Translations under genes and position numbers: made by a program | Shown: one piece after another, positions 27,388 through 40,062 of the stretch | Layout: each line of letters starts with the position of its first letter | Position numbering within the stretch: the first letter of the stretch is position 1 | Notes under the pieces: generated by a model | Database searches by the model: none | What the model was told of the DNA's origin: nothing | Seen by the model: only the letters and a program-made list of their open reading frames with translations | Origin: Patescibacteria group bacterium | GTDB lineage: Bacteria; Patescibacteriota; Microgenomatia; UBA1400; MFAQ01 | Reading direction: 5' to 3' | Assembly (NCBI GenBank): GCA_943355005.1 | Contig: CALRDV010000007.1 | Coordinates: 1 to 61,799, forward strand | Length of the DNA stretch: 61,799 bases

Positions 27388-29069
27388 TATGTTTTTACTT
27401 CTCTTAATAATTCTTGAATTGTCGTCATTCCGTTTTTAATTTTCATCATGCCATCTTCGGCCATCGTCACCATTCCTTCTTTGATAGCAATTTCTTTGAT
27501 TGTCGAAGCGTCACTTTTGGCCACAATAGCATCCTTAAGAGCTTCCGTAATCGGCATAATTTCATAAATTCCAACCCTGCCCAAATATCCCGTTTTTTTA
27601 CAAATGTCACAGCCCTGCCCGTGGTAAGTACGAATACCCTTAACTTCTTTGTCGACAAACTTATCCACCAATTCTTTTGGCAATTCCTTAGCCAGTTCTT
27701 CTGCAGCTATTACCTCACTTACTCTACAGCTCGTACAAATTTTCCTCACCAGTCTTTGTGCCACAATCAAGTTCACAGAAGAAGCCACCAAAAAAGGCTC
27801 AATCTTCATCTCCAAAAGTCTGGGAATCGTCGTTGCCGCATCATTAGTATGGAGTGTCGAAAGTACCAAGTGACCCGTGAGAGCCGCATTCACTGCAATT
27901 TCAGCAGTTTCTTCGTCACGAATTTCCCCTACCAAAATTATATTTGGATCTTGTCGAACGATAGATTTGAGTCCGGCAGCAAAAGTCAAATTGGTTTTTG
28001 TGTTTACTTGGATTTGATTTACTCCTCGTATTTGGTACTCTACCGGATCCTCAATGGTCATAATATTTACGTTCCTCTTATTCAAAATCTTCATAAACGC
28101 ATACATTGTCGTTGTCTTTCCTGATCCCGTTGGTCCGGTCGAAAGTATCATTCCATACGGCTTAGAATAAGCACTTCGTACTTTTGATATGTTTTCTTCG
28201 GACAGACCAAGATCAAGCAATGCAAATTGCCTCATGTTACTGGCCAGAAGTCTCATCACTACCCTTTCACCGTTGGTAGCCGGCAAGATAGACACACGAA
28301 CATCTACACTCTCCACCTCTGGCACCATAAAGTTAAACTTCCCGTCAAGTGCTGATGCATGCTCGTCAGTCGGCAAGCTCGCCATAATTTTTATTCTGGT
28401 TATGATCTGACCTTCAATTTTCTTTGGCAAAATTAGAACATCTTGAAGTACCCCGTCAATCCGAAATCTGAACTGCAAAAATTCCTCGAAAGGTTCAATG
28501 TGAATATCCGAAGCTCTGCTCTGATAAGCATAAATCATCAGTGTATCCACTATCTTAATGATTGGTGCCTCCGCTTCCGGCGAACCTTTTATTTCGCTGG
28601 CCGATTTTTCAATTATTTCCTCAAACACTTCAATAGCCTCTTTCCTGTAAGCAAACAAGGCAAAGCGAATATCTCTTTCTGTCGCACTATAAACTACCAC
28701 CTTTTTACCAAATCTCTTTTTTACAAGCTCAATAGTAGCAATATCAGTGGGATTGTTCATCGCCACATGCACTTCCTTATCATCTTCATAAAAAAGCAAA
28801 AGCAATTTTGACCGAGACATCAATTCAGGAATCAAGCTTAATGTCTCTCTCTTGATTGCGGTTCTTTCCAGACGTACAAAGGGTACACCCCACATGTCGG
28901 CAATTAGCATTCCCAAATTTTCATCAGAAATCAAATCTCTGGCTAGTAATATTTTTCCCAAATCATCACCCGTTTCCTTGACCTCTTCAAAAGCATCATC
29001 AAGCAATGCTTGATCAATTACACCCAAATCACTCAGCTGTTTATATACCGAATCGTTATTAACAATCAC
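27387..29069 (-). CDS. pilB: Type IV pilus/T2SS assembly ATPase (PilB/GspE)
   Basis: ASDIHIEP, GPTGSGKT, RQDPNIILVGEIRD, TGHLVLSTLH, tetra-Cys. Confidence 0.95.
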   Translation of the reverse strand: MIVNNDSVYKQLSDLGVIDQALLDDAFEEVKETGDDLGKILLARDLISDENLGMLIADMWGVPFVRLERTAIKRETLSLIPELMSRSKLLLLFYEDDKEVHVAMNNPTDIATIELVKKRFGKKVVVYSATERDIRFALFAYRKEAIEVFEEIIEKSASEIKGSPEAEAPIIKIVDTLMIYAYQSRASDIHIEPFEEFLQFRFRIDGVLQDVLILPKKIEGQIITRIKIMASLPTDEHASALDGKFNFMVPEVESVDVRVSILPATNGERVVMRLLASNMRQFALLDLGLSEENISKVRSAYSKPYGMILSTGPTGSGKTTTMYAFMKILNKRNVNIMTIEDPVEYQIRGVNQIQVNTKTNLTFAAGLKSIVRQDPNIILVGEIRDEETAEIAVNAALTGHLVLSTLHTNDAATTIPRLLEMKIEPFLVASSVNLIVAQRLVRKICTSCRVSEVIAAEELAKELPKELVDKFVDKEVKGIRTYHGQGCDICKKTGYLGRVGIYEIMPITEALKDAIVAKSDASTIKEIAIKEGMVTMAEDGMMKIKNGMTTIQELLREVKT

Positions 29070-29155
29070 ATCTTAATAATAACATTTAAGCCACACAGTC
29101 TATTCAATTACTGAAAATAAATAAAAAAAGGATATGATTAATTAGGCCAAATTTT

Positions 29156-30409
29156 ATGATGACAAATTCAGACAACCAAATAAATTTAGATAGGATTTTT
29201 AAGTCCCGTTTAACCGCCTCGGAAACTGTCGCTGTAGGCGTCAAGAAGTTTACTATTCTACCGGATCGCCCTTTTCCTTTTTTACCATGGCAATATGTTT
29301 GGGTAGAAATTCCGGCGCTTCAATTCCCGGATACTCACGGCAACCGGCGCGCCTTTTCTATTTTTAATGTCATAAACGAATCCAACACTATAGATATTGT
29401 AGCCAGAATTAGCGAAAGCGGTTACAAACAAAGCCTATTTAATCTTTCCCATGGATCGGAAGTCACTATCCACGGCCCCTTCGGCAGCAGTTTTACTACA
29501 CAAGAAGGTTCAAACAAAAATATCATTATGATAGCAGGCGGTGTGGGTATTGCCGCCTTTATCTGCCTCATAAAAACGATGGGAAAATTCTCTTCTCCTC
29601 CCAAATGTTTCTTAGACTATTTAAACAACAGCCAGGAAATTACTCCTTTTCTAAACGAGTTGGAAGACCTCAAAAATCAATATAATTTTTTTGACTACAC
29701 CGTAAACTACGAACCCTTTAAGTTCGAAGATGTTGCCCATGTCAAGAACAAATTTGGTGACAATATCAGGTGGCAAATCACGGGTCCCCAAAGCATGGTA
29801 GATCATGCTTATTCTGTACTAAGCTCAAATAATATAACCCGAGAAAGCATGGAGTTTGAAAACTTCTACCCAACACCACCAAACAATCTTACCGTTTCGA
29901 CGATCAAAGAGCAGCTTTCCAGTGACAATCTTTTTGCAAGAGCTATCCAATATTCCTCAAGCCACACCATTATTACTGATGCTAACGGAGTTGTCCTATT
30001 TGCCAATTTAGCAGCTCAAAAAATTACCGGCTACACAGAAACCGAAATGGTTGGCAATACCCCGAGGCTTTGGGGAGGACTGATGAATCCCGATTTTTAC
30101 AAAGAATTATGGAAACACAAAGCGGAAGGCTCTTATATTAGTCATCAAATAAGCAACCGAAGAAAGAATGGAGAAATTTATTACGTAATAGCACACATTT
30201 CCCAAATTCAGGGTCCGGCAGGTGAAATAATTGGCTACATAGCCACTGAAGAAGACATTTCTGCGCGAGTAGCCTTCGAAAAAGAACTGGAACAAAAAGT
30301 CGCGGAGCAAGAAAGACTGAACAAAGTCATGGTCGGCCGGGAACTAAAAATGATTGAGCTCAAAGAAGAAATCAAAAAGTTAAAAAATCCCTTAACAAAT
30401 TCTAATTAA
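29156..30409 (+). CDS. Ferredoxin-NADP reductase-like FAD/NAD(P)-binding domain fused to PAS and a coiled-coil tail
   Basis: RRAFSI, GPFG, IAGGVGI, TGP..MV, FENF; PAS ITDANG...N.AA..ITGY...RKNGE; tail MVGRELKMIELK. Confidence 0.85.
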   Translation: MMTNSDNQINLDRIFKSRLTASETVAVGVKKFTILPDRPFPFLPWQYVWVEIPALQFPDTHGNRRAFSIFNVINESNTIDIVARISESGYKQSLFNLSHGSEVTIHGPFGSSFTTQEGSNKNIIMIAGGVGIAAFICLIKTMGKFSSPPKCFLDYLNNSQEITPFLNELEDLKNQYNFFDYTVNYEPFKFEDVAHVKNKFGDNIRWQITGPQSMVDHAYSVLSSNNITRESMEFENFYPTPPNNLTVSTIKEQLSSDNLFARAIQYSSSHTIITDANGVVLFANLAAQKITGYTETEMVGNTPRLWGGLMNPDFYKELWKHKAEGSYISHQISNRRKNGEIYYVIAHISQIQGPAGEIIGYIATEEDISARVAFEKELEQKVAEQERLNKVMVGRELKMIELKEEIKKLKNPLTNSN

Positions 30410-32385
30410 TGGAAGCCTCTCTTGCTCAGCTTAGTATCTTGACTCTCAGTGTCCTTCTGGTCTTAGGCATCAGTGTTTTTGCCTATTATTATTCATTAAA
30501 GAAAGACAAGGTCTGGTTCTACGGCTATACCATGCTCCTTATTGTTCTGGTGCAGTGGATGTCGGACTCTGGAGCTTTTCTCACCTATCACGACTTTTTT
30601 ATTCATCTGGCTTCAACCATTCTATTTCCCTCTGTTATCTTCTGTTTGTTAGTTGTTTATGTTTTGGAGGGCAGCAAGAATGCCAGGCAACTATTTTATT
30701 TGCTATTACTGGGAGAACTTGGTTATTTTCTATCAGTGGCACTTCTCGCCGGCTTAAACAATTCCCCTTCCTATATTGATTTTGGAATGCCATGGTTTCG
30801 TAACCATTTTTTCTCCACCCTGGCCATCGTTATAGATTATGGAGTACTCTTCCTTTCCTGGCCACTTATTCACAACTCCAAATACAAATTACCGCTGTGG
30901 CTTAAAGTATGGCTTGTTTGCTGGTTGATGTTCGTTACGGACACTCTAGTTTTCAGCCTAGGTACTTTTTGGGGTCAAACTTCCCTTGAAGATATCATTA
31001 CAACAGGTTTGATTCTTCGCTCAATTCTCTCCTTAATTGTTGCCCCGGCTATTACGGTATATCTTGGGTCAATTTCAAGACAAAACAAACAAGATTTATC
31101 CTATCGTCATTGGGGTGAGCTGATCAGTCCGGAGGAGCAAGAAGTCGCCCTTCGGATTTCATCCCAAAAAATTGATGAGCTAGAGAAAGCAAAAGCGAAA
31201 CTCCAACAAAAAAATATTGACTTTGAAAATCAAAGTACAGCCATGCTCAACTTACTCGAGGATGTCGAAACGGAAAAATCAAAACTTGAAAGTTTAAACA
31301 ATAGGTTTAATCTCGCCAAGAATTCTGCTCATATTGGTATTTGGGAATGGGATGTGCCCAATAATATCCTTACCTGGGACGATGAGATGTATAAACTTTA
31401 TGGCATAAATAAAGAAAATTTTAGTGGAGCCTATGATGCCTGGCAAAGCGGTCTTCATCCGGAAGATAAGGAAGTTGGCAACCTAGCTATCCAGCAAGCT
31501 CTAAACGGTGAAAAAGATTTTGACCTAACCTTTAGAGTTTTGTTGCCGAACAAATCAACTAGGTATCTAAAAGCGTTTGCTGAAGTAGAAAGAGATGTAA
31601 ACAATAAACCAATCAAGATGGTTGGCGTAAATTTCGATGTTACTCACGACAAAGAAGTAGATCGTATGAAAACAGAATTTATTTCTCTAGCCTCTCACCA
31701 GCTTCGCACCCCCATTTCCGCCATCAAATGGTTTTCTGGCATGCTCTTAGAAGGTGATGCAGGCAACATGAACCAAGAACAGCTGGACTTTGTCAAAAAC
31801 ATCGCGGATTCAAACGAGAGGATGGTGAAGCTGGTAAATTCCCTCCTAAATATCTCTCGAATTGAATCCGGCAGACTCATGATTTCTCCAACACCTACAA
31901 ATTTAGGCGATCTTATAAATTCCATTACCAAAGAAGTAGACTCGGAAATTAAAACCAAAAATCAACAACTGAATATTTCCTTAGAGCCGAATCTTCCAAT
32001 TATTAATATCGACCCAAGTTTAATTTCGGAAGTCTACCTGAACCTAATTTCCAATGCCATCAAATACTCTCCAATCAATAGCCCCATCAAAGTAACCGCC
32101 TATCCAAAAGAAAACTTTATTATTTCCCAAGTCACAGATAACGGCTGCGGAATTCCGGGAAAAGACCAGTCTAGAATATTTGAAAAATTTTTCAGAACAG
32201 ACAAAAGTGTCAAGGTTAGTACGGATGGTAATGGTTTAGGACTCTATCTCGTCAAAGCCATCGTAGAATCCTCGGGTGGTAAGATATGGTTTGAATCGGA
32301 GGAGGATAAAGGAACTAGTTTCTTCTTTAGCTTACCTCTCAGCGGCTCTCCCGCCAAAGCAGGCGAAGTAACATTAAATAAATAA
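30409..32385 (+). CDS. Membrane sensor histidine kinase (VUT/YhhQ-like TM domain, PAS_3, HisKA, HATPase)
   Basis: ASHQLRTP H-box, NLISNAIKY, DNGCGI, GNGLGL; PAS IGIWEWD...LHPED; TM motifs EGSKNAR and DTLVF...FWG. Confidence 0.9.
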   Translation: MEASLAQLSILTLSVLLVLGISVFAYYYSLKKDKVWFYGYTMLLIVLVQWMSDSGAFLTYHDFFIHLASTILFPSVIFCLLVVYVLEGSKNARQLFYLLLLGELGYFLSVALLAGLNNSPSYIDFGMPWFRNHFFSTLAIVIDYGVLFLSWPLIHNSKYKLPLWLKVWLVCWLMFVTDTLVFSLGTFWGQTSLEDIITTGLILRSILSLIVAPAITVYLGSISRQNKQDLSYRHWGELISPEEQEVALRISSQKIDELEKAKAKLQQKNIDFENQSTAMLNLLEDVETEKSKLESLNNRFNLAKNSAHIGIWEWDVPNNILTWDDEMYKLYGINKENFSGAYDAWQSGLHPEDKEVGNLAIQQALNGEKDFDLTFRVLLPNKSTRYLKAFAEVERDVNNKPIKMVGVNFDVTHDKEVDRMKTEFISLASHQLRTPISAIKWFSGMLLEGDAGNMNQEQLDFVKNIADSNERMVKLVNSLLNISRIESGRLMISPTPTNLGDLINSITKEVDSEIKTKNQQLNISLEPNLPIINIDPSLISEVYLNLISNAIKYSPINSPIKVTAYPKENFIISQVTDNGCGIPGKDQSRIFEKFFRTDKSVKVSTDGNGLGLYLVKAIVESSGGKIWFESEEDKGTSFFFSLPLSGSPAKAGEVTLNK

Positions 32386-32398
32386 AATAAAACACAAC

Positions 32399-32767
32399 AT
32401 GACCAAGATACTAATCACCGAAGATGACAAATTCCTTTCAGCAGCATACAATGCCAAACTTACCAAAGCCGGCTTCGATACTAGAGTTGCCACAGATGGT
32501 GTTATGGCTTTAGACATCTTAAAAAGTTTTACTCCTGAACTCATAATTTTAGATCTGATAATGCCATTAAAAGACGGTTTCTCTGTCTTAGAAGAACTTG
32601 CCCAGAATCAGCAAACTTCAAATATCCCGGTAATTGTCATGACTAATCTAGGTCAAAAAGAAGACATAGACAGAGCCATGAAGCTTGGAGCCAAAGACTA
32701 TGTCATCAAATCGGATATTGATCCAAATCAGCTGGTCGCCAAAATTAACTCCCTCCTCGGTCTCTAG
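32399..32767 (+). CDS. Single-domain response regulator (REC)
   Basis: ITEDD, ILDLIMP, MTNLGQ, YVIK. Confidence 0.92.
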   Translation: MTKILITEDDKFLSAAYNAKLTKAGFDTRVATDGVMALDILKSFTPELIILDLIMPLKDGFSVLEELAQNQQTSNIPVIVMTNLGQKEDIDRAMKLGAKDYVIKSDIDPNQLVAKINSLLGL

Positions 32768-32790
32768 ACATCCCTTCTAAGGCTCAAATC

Positions 32791-32818
32791 TTGACACCCA
32801 TAACATATTAGGTACAAT
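32791..32818 (+). promoter_or_regulatory. sigma70 promoter
   Basis: TTGACA, 16 bp spacer, TACAAT. Confidence 0.6.
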
Positions 32819-32869
32819 ACCCCATTGGTTCACACTAACACATAGCCCAGAGGCGAGGAGAACTTTTAC

Positions 32870-33133
32870 ATGAGCAATTTATATTTATTTTATTTGATTC
32901 TTGGCGGGATTGCCACAATATTCTCTTCATTGCACCTACCAGCGTTCGCAACTAATATGCGCGCTGGAAGTTTTTCAACCCCCTATGAAGCTGAATTCAC
33001 CTGTATTTGTATCATATTCAGCCTCGTAACCCTATTCTCAGTTAACCTATTACCGGGACTACTATTCTCATCATTCTATATTTTCCAATTTTATATGGGG
33101 TGGTATGAAGAAAAAAAAGACCCAAAAGGATAA
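32870..33133 (+). CDS. Small membrane hypothetical protein
   Basis: Own promoter, SD gaggag and terminator. Confidence 0.6.
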   Translation: MSNLYLFYLILGGIATIFSSLHLPAFATNMRAGSFSTPYEAEFTCICIIFSLVTLFSVNLLPGLLFSSFYIFQFYMGWYEEKKDPKG

Positions 33134-33146
33134 TCCGTTCAAAAGC

Positions 33147-33175
33147 AAAACTCCGACCCAGGTCGGAGTTTTTTT
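33147..33175. terminator. Bidirectional intrinsic terminator
   Basis: aaaactccgacc-ca-ggtcggagtttttt. Confidence 0.7.
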
Positions 33176-33196
33176 ATATTAAATCTATCCACTAAC

Positions 33197-33417
33197 AAAC
33201 CAACCTTTCGGTTGGTTACTTGGTTGCCCGGCGAGGCTCTGAAATAATTTTCCTCAAAATATTCCTTGCGAAGATTTTGAGATTAGAAAATTAATGAAGT
33301 TTGCCGGAGTCAGTTTCGTAACGAACCTGACGAGGCGGGCACCGCTAACGAAGTAGATCATCGCATTTTAAGCACCAAAAAACCAACCTTTCGGTTGGTT
33401 ACTTGGTTGCCCGGCGA
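33197..33417. mobile_element. Structured non-coding element flanked by 38 bp direct repeats of the 5S rRNA 3' end plus terminator
   Basis: aaaccaacctttcggttggttacttggttgcccggcga at 33197..33234 and 33380..33417; the core 33238..33339 is homologous to 61077..61183. Confidence 0.65.
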
Positions 33418-33527
33418 TGATCTACTTTCGCAATCAGTTGCCCAATCACTATCATCGACGCTGACCTGTTTCACTTCTCTGTTCGAAATGGGAAGAGGTG
33501 GTTCCAAGTCGCACAGATCACCGGACA
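33408..33527 (-). rRNA. rrf: 5S rRNA
   Basis: Reverse complement has the conserved CCCATTTCGAAC and AGTAG motifs; terminal helix tgtccgg/ccgggca. Confidence 0.9.
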
Positions 33528-33624
33528 GGAAAAAATTCCGAGATCAACTTGTGTTGAGCCTGCCGAAACACTTTCCTATCTTGCGATCTGTTATAAACAC
33601 CTTCTCAAATCTAGAATGACACCT

Positions 33625-33650
33625 TGTCATTCCCGACCTGATCGGGAATC
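33625..33650. repeat. TGTC-type REP in the 23S-5S spacer
   Basis: tgtcattcccgacctgatcgggaatc. Confidence 0.75.
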
Positions 33651-33729
33651 TATATAAATTAATACCATTTTAAAGAGTAATATTACTCCCTGAATAGTGA
33701 ATAGATTTGCAAAAAGATAGCACGTAAAT

Positions 33730-36982
<3,253 letters not shown>

Positions 36983-37135
36983 CATATATTCTTTTGCTTC
37001 AAATTTGAATTTGAATTCGTGCGATCTACTTGCATAATCTATTCACTTTTCAAGGAACAACATTCGAAGCTCATTGAGCTCGTGGTTGATTCTAAGGGTA
37101 GATACCTTTGGAGTCAATCACCAGATCAATTTGTA

Positions 37136-37167
37136 GCTTGCCTCGCCGTAGCTTTAGCGAAGGCGGG
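37136..37167. repeat. Palindromic repeat (GTAGCTTTAGCGAAG type) abutting the tRNA-Ala 3' end
   Basis: cttgcct-cgccgtagctttagcga-aggcggg. Confidence 0.55.
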
Positions 37168-37240
37168 TGGACCGTGCCGGACTCGAACCGGCCACCTCTA
37201 CATTGCAAATGTAGCGCTCTACCAGATGAGCTAACGGCCC
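37168..37240 (-). tRNA. tRNA-Ala (TGC)
   Basis: GGGCCGT...TTGCAA...GGTTCGAGTCC...ACGGTCCA; G3:U70; CCA not encoded. Confidence 0.95.
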
Positions 37241-37395
37241 AATTCGAACTGCTTTTAACCAATAATGTACGTTTAAAATAAGAAAAAATCCGCCTTTTAG
37301 CGGACAGATGTCACAACCAAAGCGTCAAAAAACCTAGGGGGCTTTAAGACTCTCTATTTTTGGTGTATTCATATTGTCTGCTAAGGACAAGTGAA

Positions 37396-37424
37396 AGTAT
37401 ACCAAACATACCCACAATACACAA
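37396..37424 (-). promoter_or_regulatory. Promoter of the tRNA-Ala-23S-5S unit
   Basis: On the - strand TTGTGT, 17 bp spacer, TG-extended TATACT. Confidence 0.6.
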
Positions 37425-37489
37425 GCCACAGTTAAGGCTACCCCAGCCTCAACACGTTTAATAATCAAAAAACCTCCATTTACCAATAA

Positions 37490-37515
37490 AAAACCAGACT
37501 CTAGAGTCTGGTTTT
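37490..37515 (-). terminator. Intrinsic terminator upstream of the rRNA promoter
   Basis: aaaaccagactc-ta-gagtctggtttt. Confidence 0.7.
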
Positions 37516-37535
37516 ATCAATTTTAGCTGTCCTAC

Positions 37536-37739
37536 TTACATTAGCGGACCTAAAACAGAGAGGATTGTCCAGGCGATCAATCCACATACGATCGCGAGAA
37601 AACCACAATCTCTTAATAGTCCGTTATCAGTCTTATCATCTGATCCAAATATCCAACCTGGTAGGTAAAACAATGCAATCATCCCGCTCACTGCTGCAAC
37701 AGCAGCCAAAAGCAATCCTATTAAAAATATAAATTCCAT
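37536..37739 (-). CDS. Small two-TM hypothetical protein
   Basis: SD ggag, terminator, hydrophobic. Confidence 0.6.
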   Translation of the reverse strand: MEFIFLIGLLLAAVAAVSGMIALFYLPGWIFGSDDKTDNGLLRDCGFLAIVCGLIAWTILSVLGPLM

Positions 37740-37819
37740 TTCTATCTCCAGAAAATCAAAGGTCTAGCCATTACGACTAGTCAAACAACACAAGTCTACG
37801 GGTTCATACTTATCAAAGC

Positions 37820-38080
37820 TTATTCACCGCATTTAGGACAGTCACCTTCAAGGAATTGACGATGAAATAGATTGAGATCCCGAACTTCGTATTTAACCTT
37901 ACTCGGATCAAATACGTGACCACAATATATACAACATATCCATTCTTTAGGCAGTCCTTCAGGTCGAACATAATAGCCATCAGGATCTTTCACCTTACTA
38001 TCTTCATACATATAAGTACTCCTAATATCATGCCTAGATAGGCATAAAATATTTAGATTTTTATTGGGCAAAATACCCAA
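37820..38080 (-). CDS. Small zinc-finger-like hypothetical protein (start uncertain)
   Basis: CIYCG...CPKCG. Confidence 0.5.
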   Translation of the reverse strand: MGILPNKNLNILCLSRHDIRSTYMYEDSKVKDPDGYYVRPEGLPKEWICCIYCGHVFDPSKVKYEVRDLNLFHRQFLEGDCPKCGE

Positions 38081-38229
38081 AGCGATTCGATATTCAGCAT
38101 GATATCATACTATGGGACATAAGTCAAACTCGGGAAGCCTATCTCAGGCTCCAGACACCTGACATTATCTCACCCCCTACCAAATCACCCTCTATTTAAA
38201 CCTAGAACTTTACGAATCAAGACAAACAC

Positions 38230-38258
38230 TTGACATTATAAGACAATTCACATATAAT
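38230..38258 (+). promoter_or_regulatory. Consensus sigma70 promoter
   Basis: TTGACA, 17 bp spacer, TATAAT. Confidence 0.75.
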
Positions 38259-38290
38259 ACCTTATCCTATTTCATGCCAGGAGGCACACC

Positions 38291-38767
38291 TTGAAATCGA
38301 TTCGCATATTGCAAATAATATTACTCATCACCATCCTTCTTTGTGCTTGTTCCGCAAGTATCTCAACCACACCACAAGCGGCAATTCCAACGCCCGGACC
38401 GATCACAAGCACGTTTGAAGGAGTATCCTCTTTTAAGGGAGGAGCCGGCAGCTATGTGATCAGTTGTGAGAATTGTACCGCAACAGTAGTAAGCACAATC
38501 ATCTGCCAAGCATACAAACACACTGATGGCATTAACGGGACAGGGGAATATTCAAATGTCACCCCTACAATCACTGTGACTCATGACGGAGAGATGTTGA
38601 ACAGCAACGCCGTTTCAAGCCCAAAGGCAAACGGTTCCTGGACTATTACAAACCAATCGTTAGAATATAAATACGATTACGGACAGCCGGAACACAGAGT
38701 CTGCAACTCAGACGCTACTTTTAATGTCATCATGACCGAAGGTGGAACTGTAATCTCGTTTCCTTAA
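38291..38767 (+). CDS. Putative lipoprotein
   Basis: Signal peptide with LCAC lipobox-like motif; SD aggagg with TTG start. Confidence 0.65.
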   Translation: MKSIRILQIILLITILLCACSASISTTPQAAIPTPGPITSTFEGVSSFKGGAGSYVISCENCTATVVSTIICQAYKHTDGINGTGEYSNVTPTITVTHDGEMLNSNAVSSPKANGSWTITNQSLEYKYDYGQPEHRVCNSDATFNVIMTEGGTVISFP

Positions 38768-38780
38768 GACTCAATTTCCC

Positions 38781-38811
38781 AAAAAACCTCCCTTCAAAAG
38801 GAGGTTTTTTT
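38781..38811. terminator. Bidirectional intrinsic terminator
   Basis: aaaaaacctcc...ggaggtttttt. Confidence 0.7.
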
Positions 38812-39583
38812 ATCTCAAACTCCAGACGACCGTCACGGTTTTTGACACCTTGGAAGTACCGGGCTCCATTGGCGCAGGCACGGCAGAAATATCAGATTTC
38901 GAAAATGCCATCATTGGGTAGATATTTGAAGATTGTCCACCTTCTACAATGGACACTACCCTTCCCAACCTTGCCCCACTGGTAGCCGCCATCATTTCGG
39001 CCTTAACTTTTGCATCAGCCACCGCTTTCCCAAGTAGTTCATCCCCCGCTTTTTTACTTGTGTCGAGCTGGAAATTTGGTCCATATACATTGTTGGCTCC
39101 ACTGTTGTTCAAAATATCCGTCAGCTGGCTGGCCTTATCTACATTTCTCAAGGTTATCGAGATACTATTACTCGCACTCCATTGTCCAAGTTTCACTCTT
39201 CCATCATCAATATAGTCAGGCCTCATCATAACAGGCTTGACGGCTCTCTCTTGCATCTGATAGACATTTACCTGCTGAGTTTGGATGTCGGCCTCGGCTA
39301 CTCCAAAGGCTTTTACAGCTTTAATCAAAGCTGCCATCTTGGTATTCACCTCATTCACCGCCACATCCTTTTTATCGGCTATCGCACTTACCCCGGCCGA
39401 GAACTGAGCAATTTGATTTTTTTCATCGGATTCGGCATAGCCGGAGACAGTCACCATTCCCTCGCTCTTCATTACGATTTTTCCCCAAGTTATATCTCCC
39501 CAAGGGAAAAAGTACAAAGCCCCAAGGATCATCAATCCACCCAAAACCCATTTAATCAAAGCATCCAGTTCATTTTTATTCAT
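38810..39583 (-). CDS. SIMPL domain (DUF541) protein
   Basis: VTVSG, GANNVYGPNF, AVADAKVKAE..A...G..LG, EPG. Confidence 0.9.
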   Translation of the reverse strand: MNKNELDALIKWVLGGLMILGALYFFPWGDITWGKIVMKSEGMVTVSGYAESDEKNQIAQFSAGVSAIADKKDVAVNEVNTKMAALIKAVKAFGVAEADIQTQQVNVYQMQERAVKPVMMRPDYIDDGRVKLGQWSASNSISITLRNVDKASQLTDILNNSGANNVYGPNFQLDTSKKAGDELLGKAVADAKVKAEMMAATSGARLGRVVSIVEGGQSSNIYPMMAFSKSDISAVPAPMEPGTSKVSKTVTVVWSLR

Positions 39584-39665
39584 ACCTTTACTTTATCAAT
39601 TTCCGATAAAGCCGTCAAACTAAGTGTAAAATACCTCAAAGAACTTTAAACGAGGACAGGAGGTA

Positions 39666-39974
39666 ATGATGCGTCAAACAAAACCCTTTATCCATCTACA
39701 GATAGACTTCGAATTCTTGAATCCAATCGATTTTGAAATCATAGCTCTAATATTCAATCTTTGGGTTTTAGAGAAAGCAAATAAAGACTGGTTCAGCTAC
39801 GGAATCCAGCAGGATTCCCCAACTCAAGCACATGTTTTAATCAACAGCCATAGCGAAATCAGTGAAGAACAAAGAGTCGATCTTCTTCTTAAAATCACTC
39901 TACCCGAATTACTATCCGCTTCAATCACTTATCGAATCATCGACCCAAACATATCCGCAAGCCCCGCTTCTTAG
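39666..39974 (+). CDS. Hypothetical protein
   Basis: SD aggaggt; terminator 39962..39984. Confidence 0.55.
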   Translation: MMRQTKPFIHLQIDFEFLNPIDFEIIALIFNLWVLEKANKDWFSYGIQQDSPTQAHVLINSHSEISEEQRVDLLLKITLPELLSASITYRIIDPNISASPAS

Positions 39975-39987
39975 CGGGGTTTTTCAT

Positions 39988-40062
39988 CGTCATTGCGAAT
40001 CACGGTACTCCGAGCTGTGGTAATCTCACCCCACATTGTCATTACGGGCTTGACCCGGAATC
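39988..40062. repeat. Two tandem CGTC/TGTC-type REPs
   Basis: cgtcattgcga...gtaatct; tgtcattacgggcttgacccggaatc. Confidence 0.75.
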
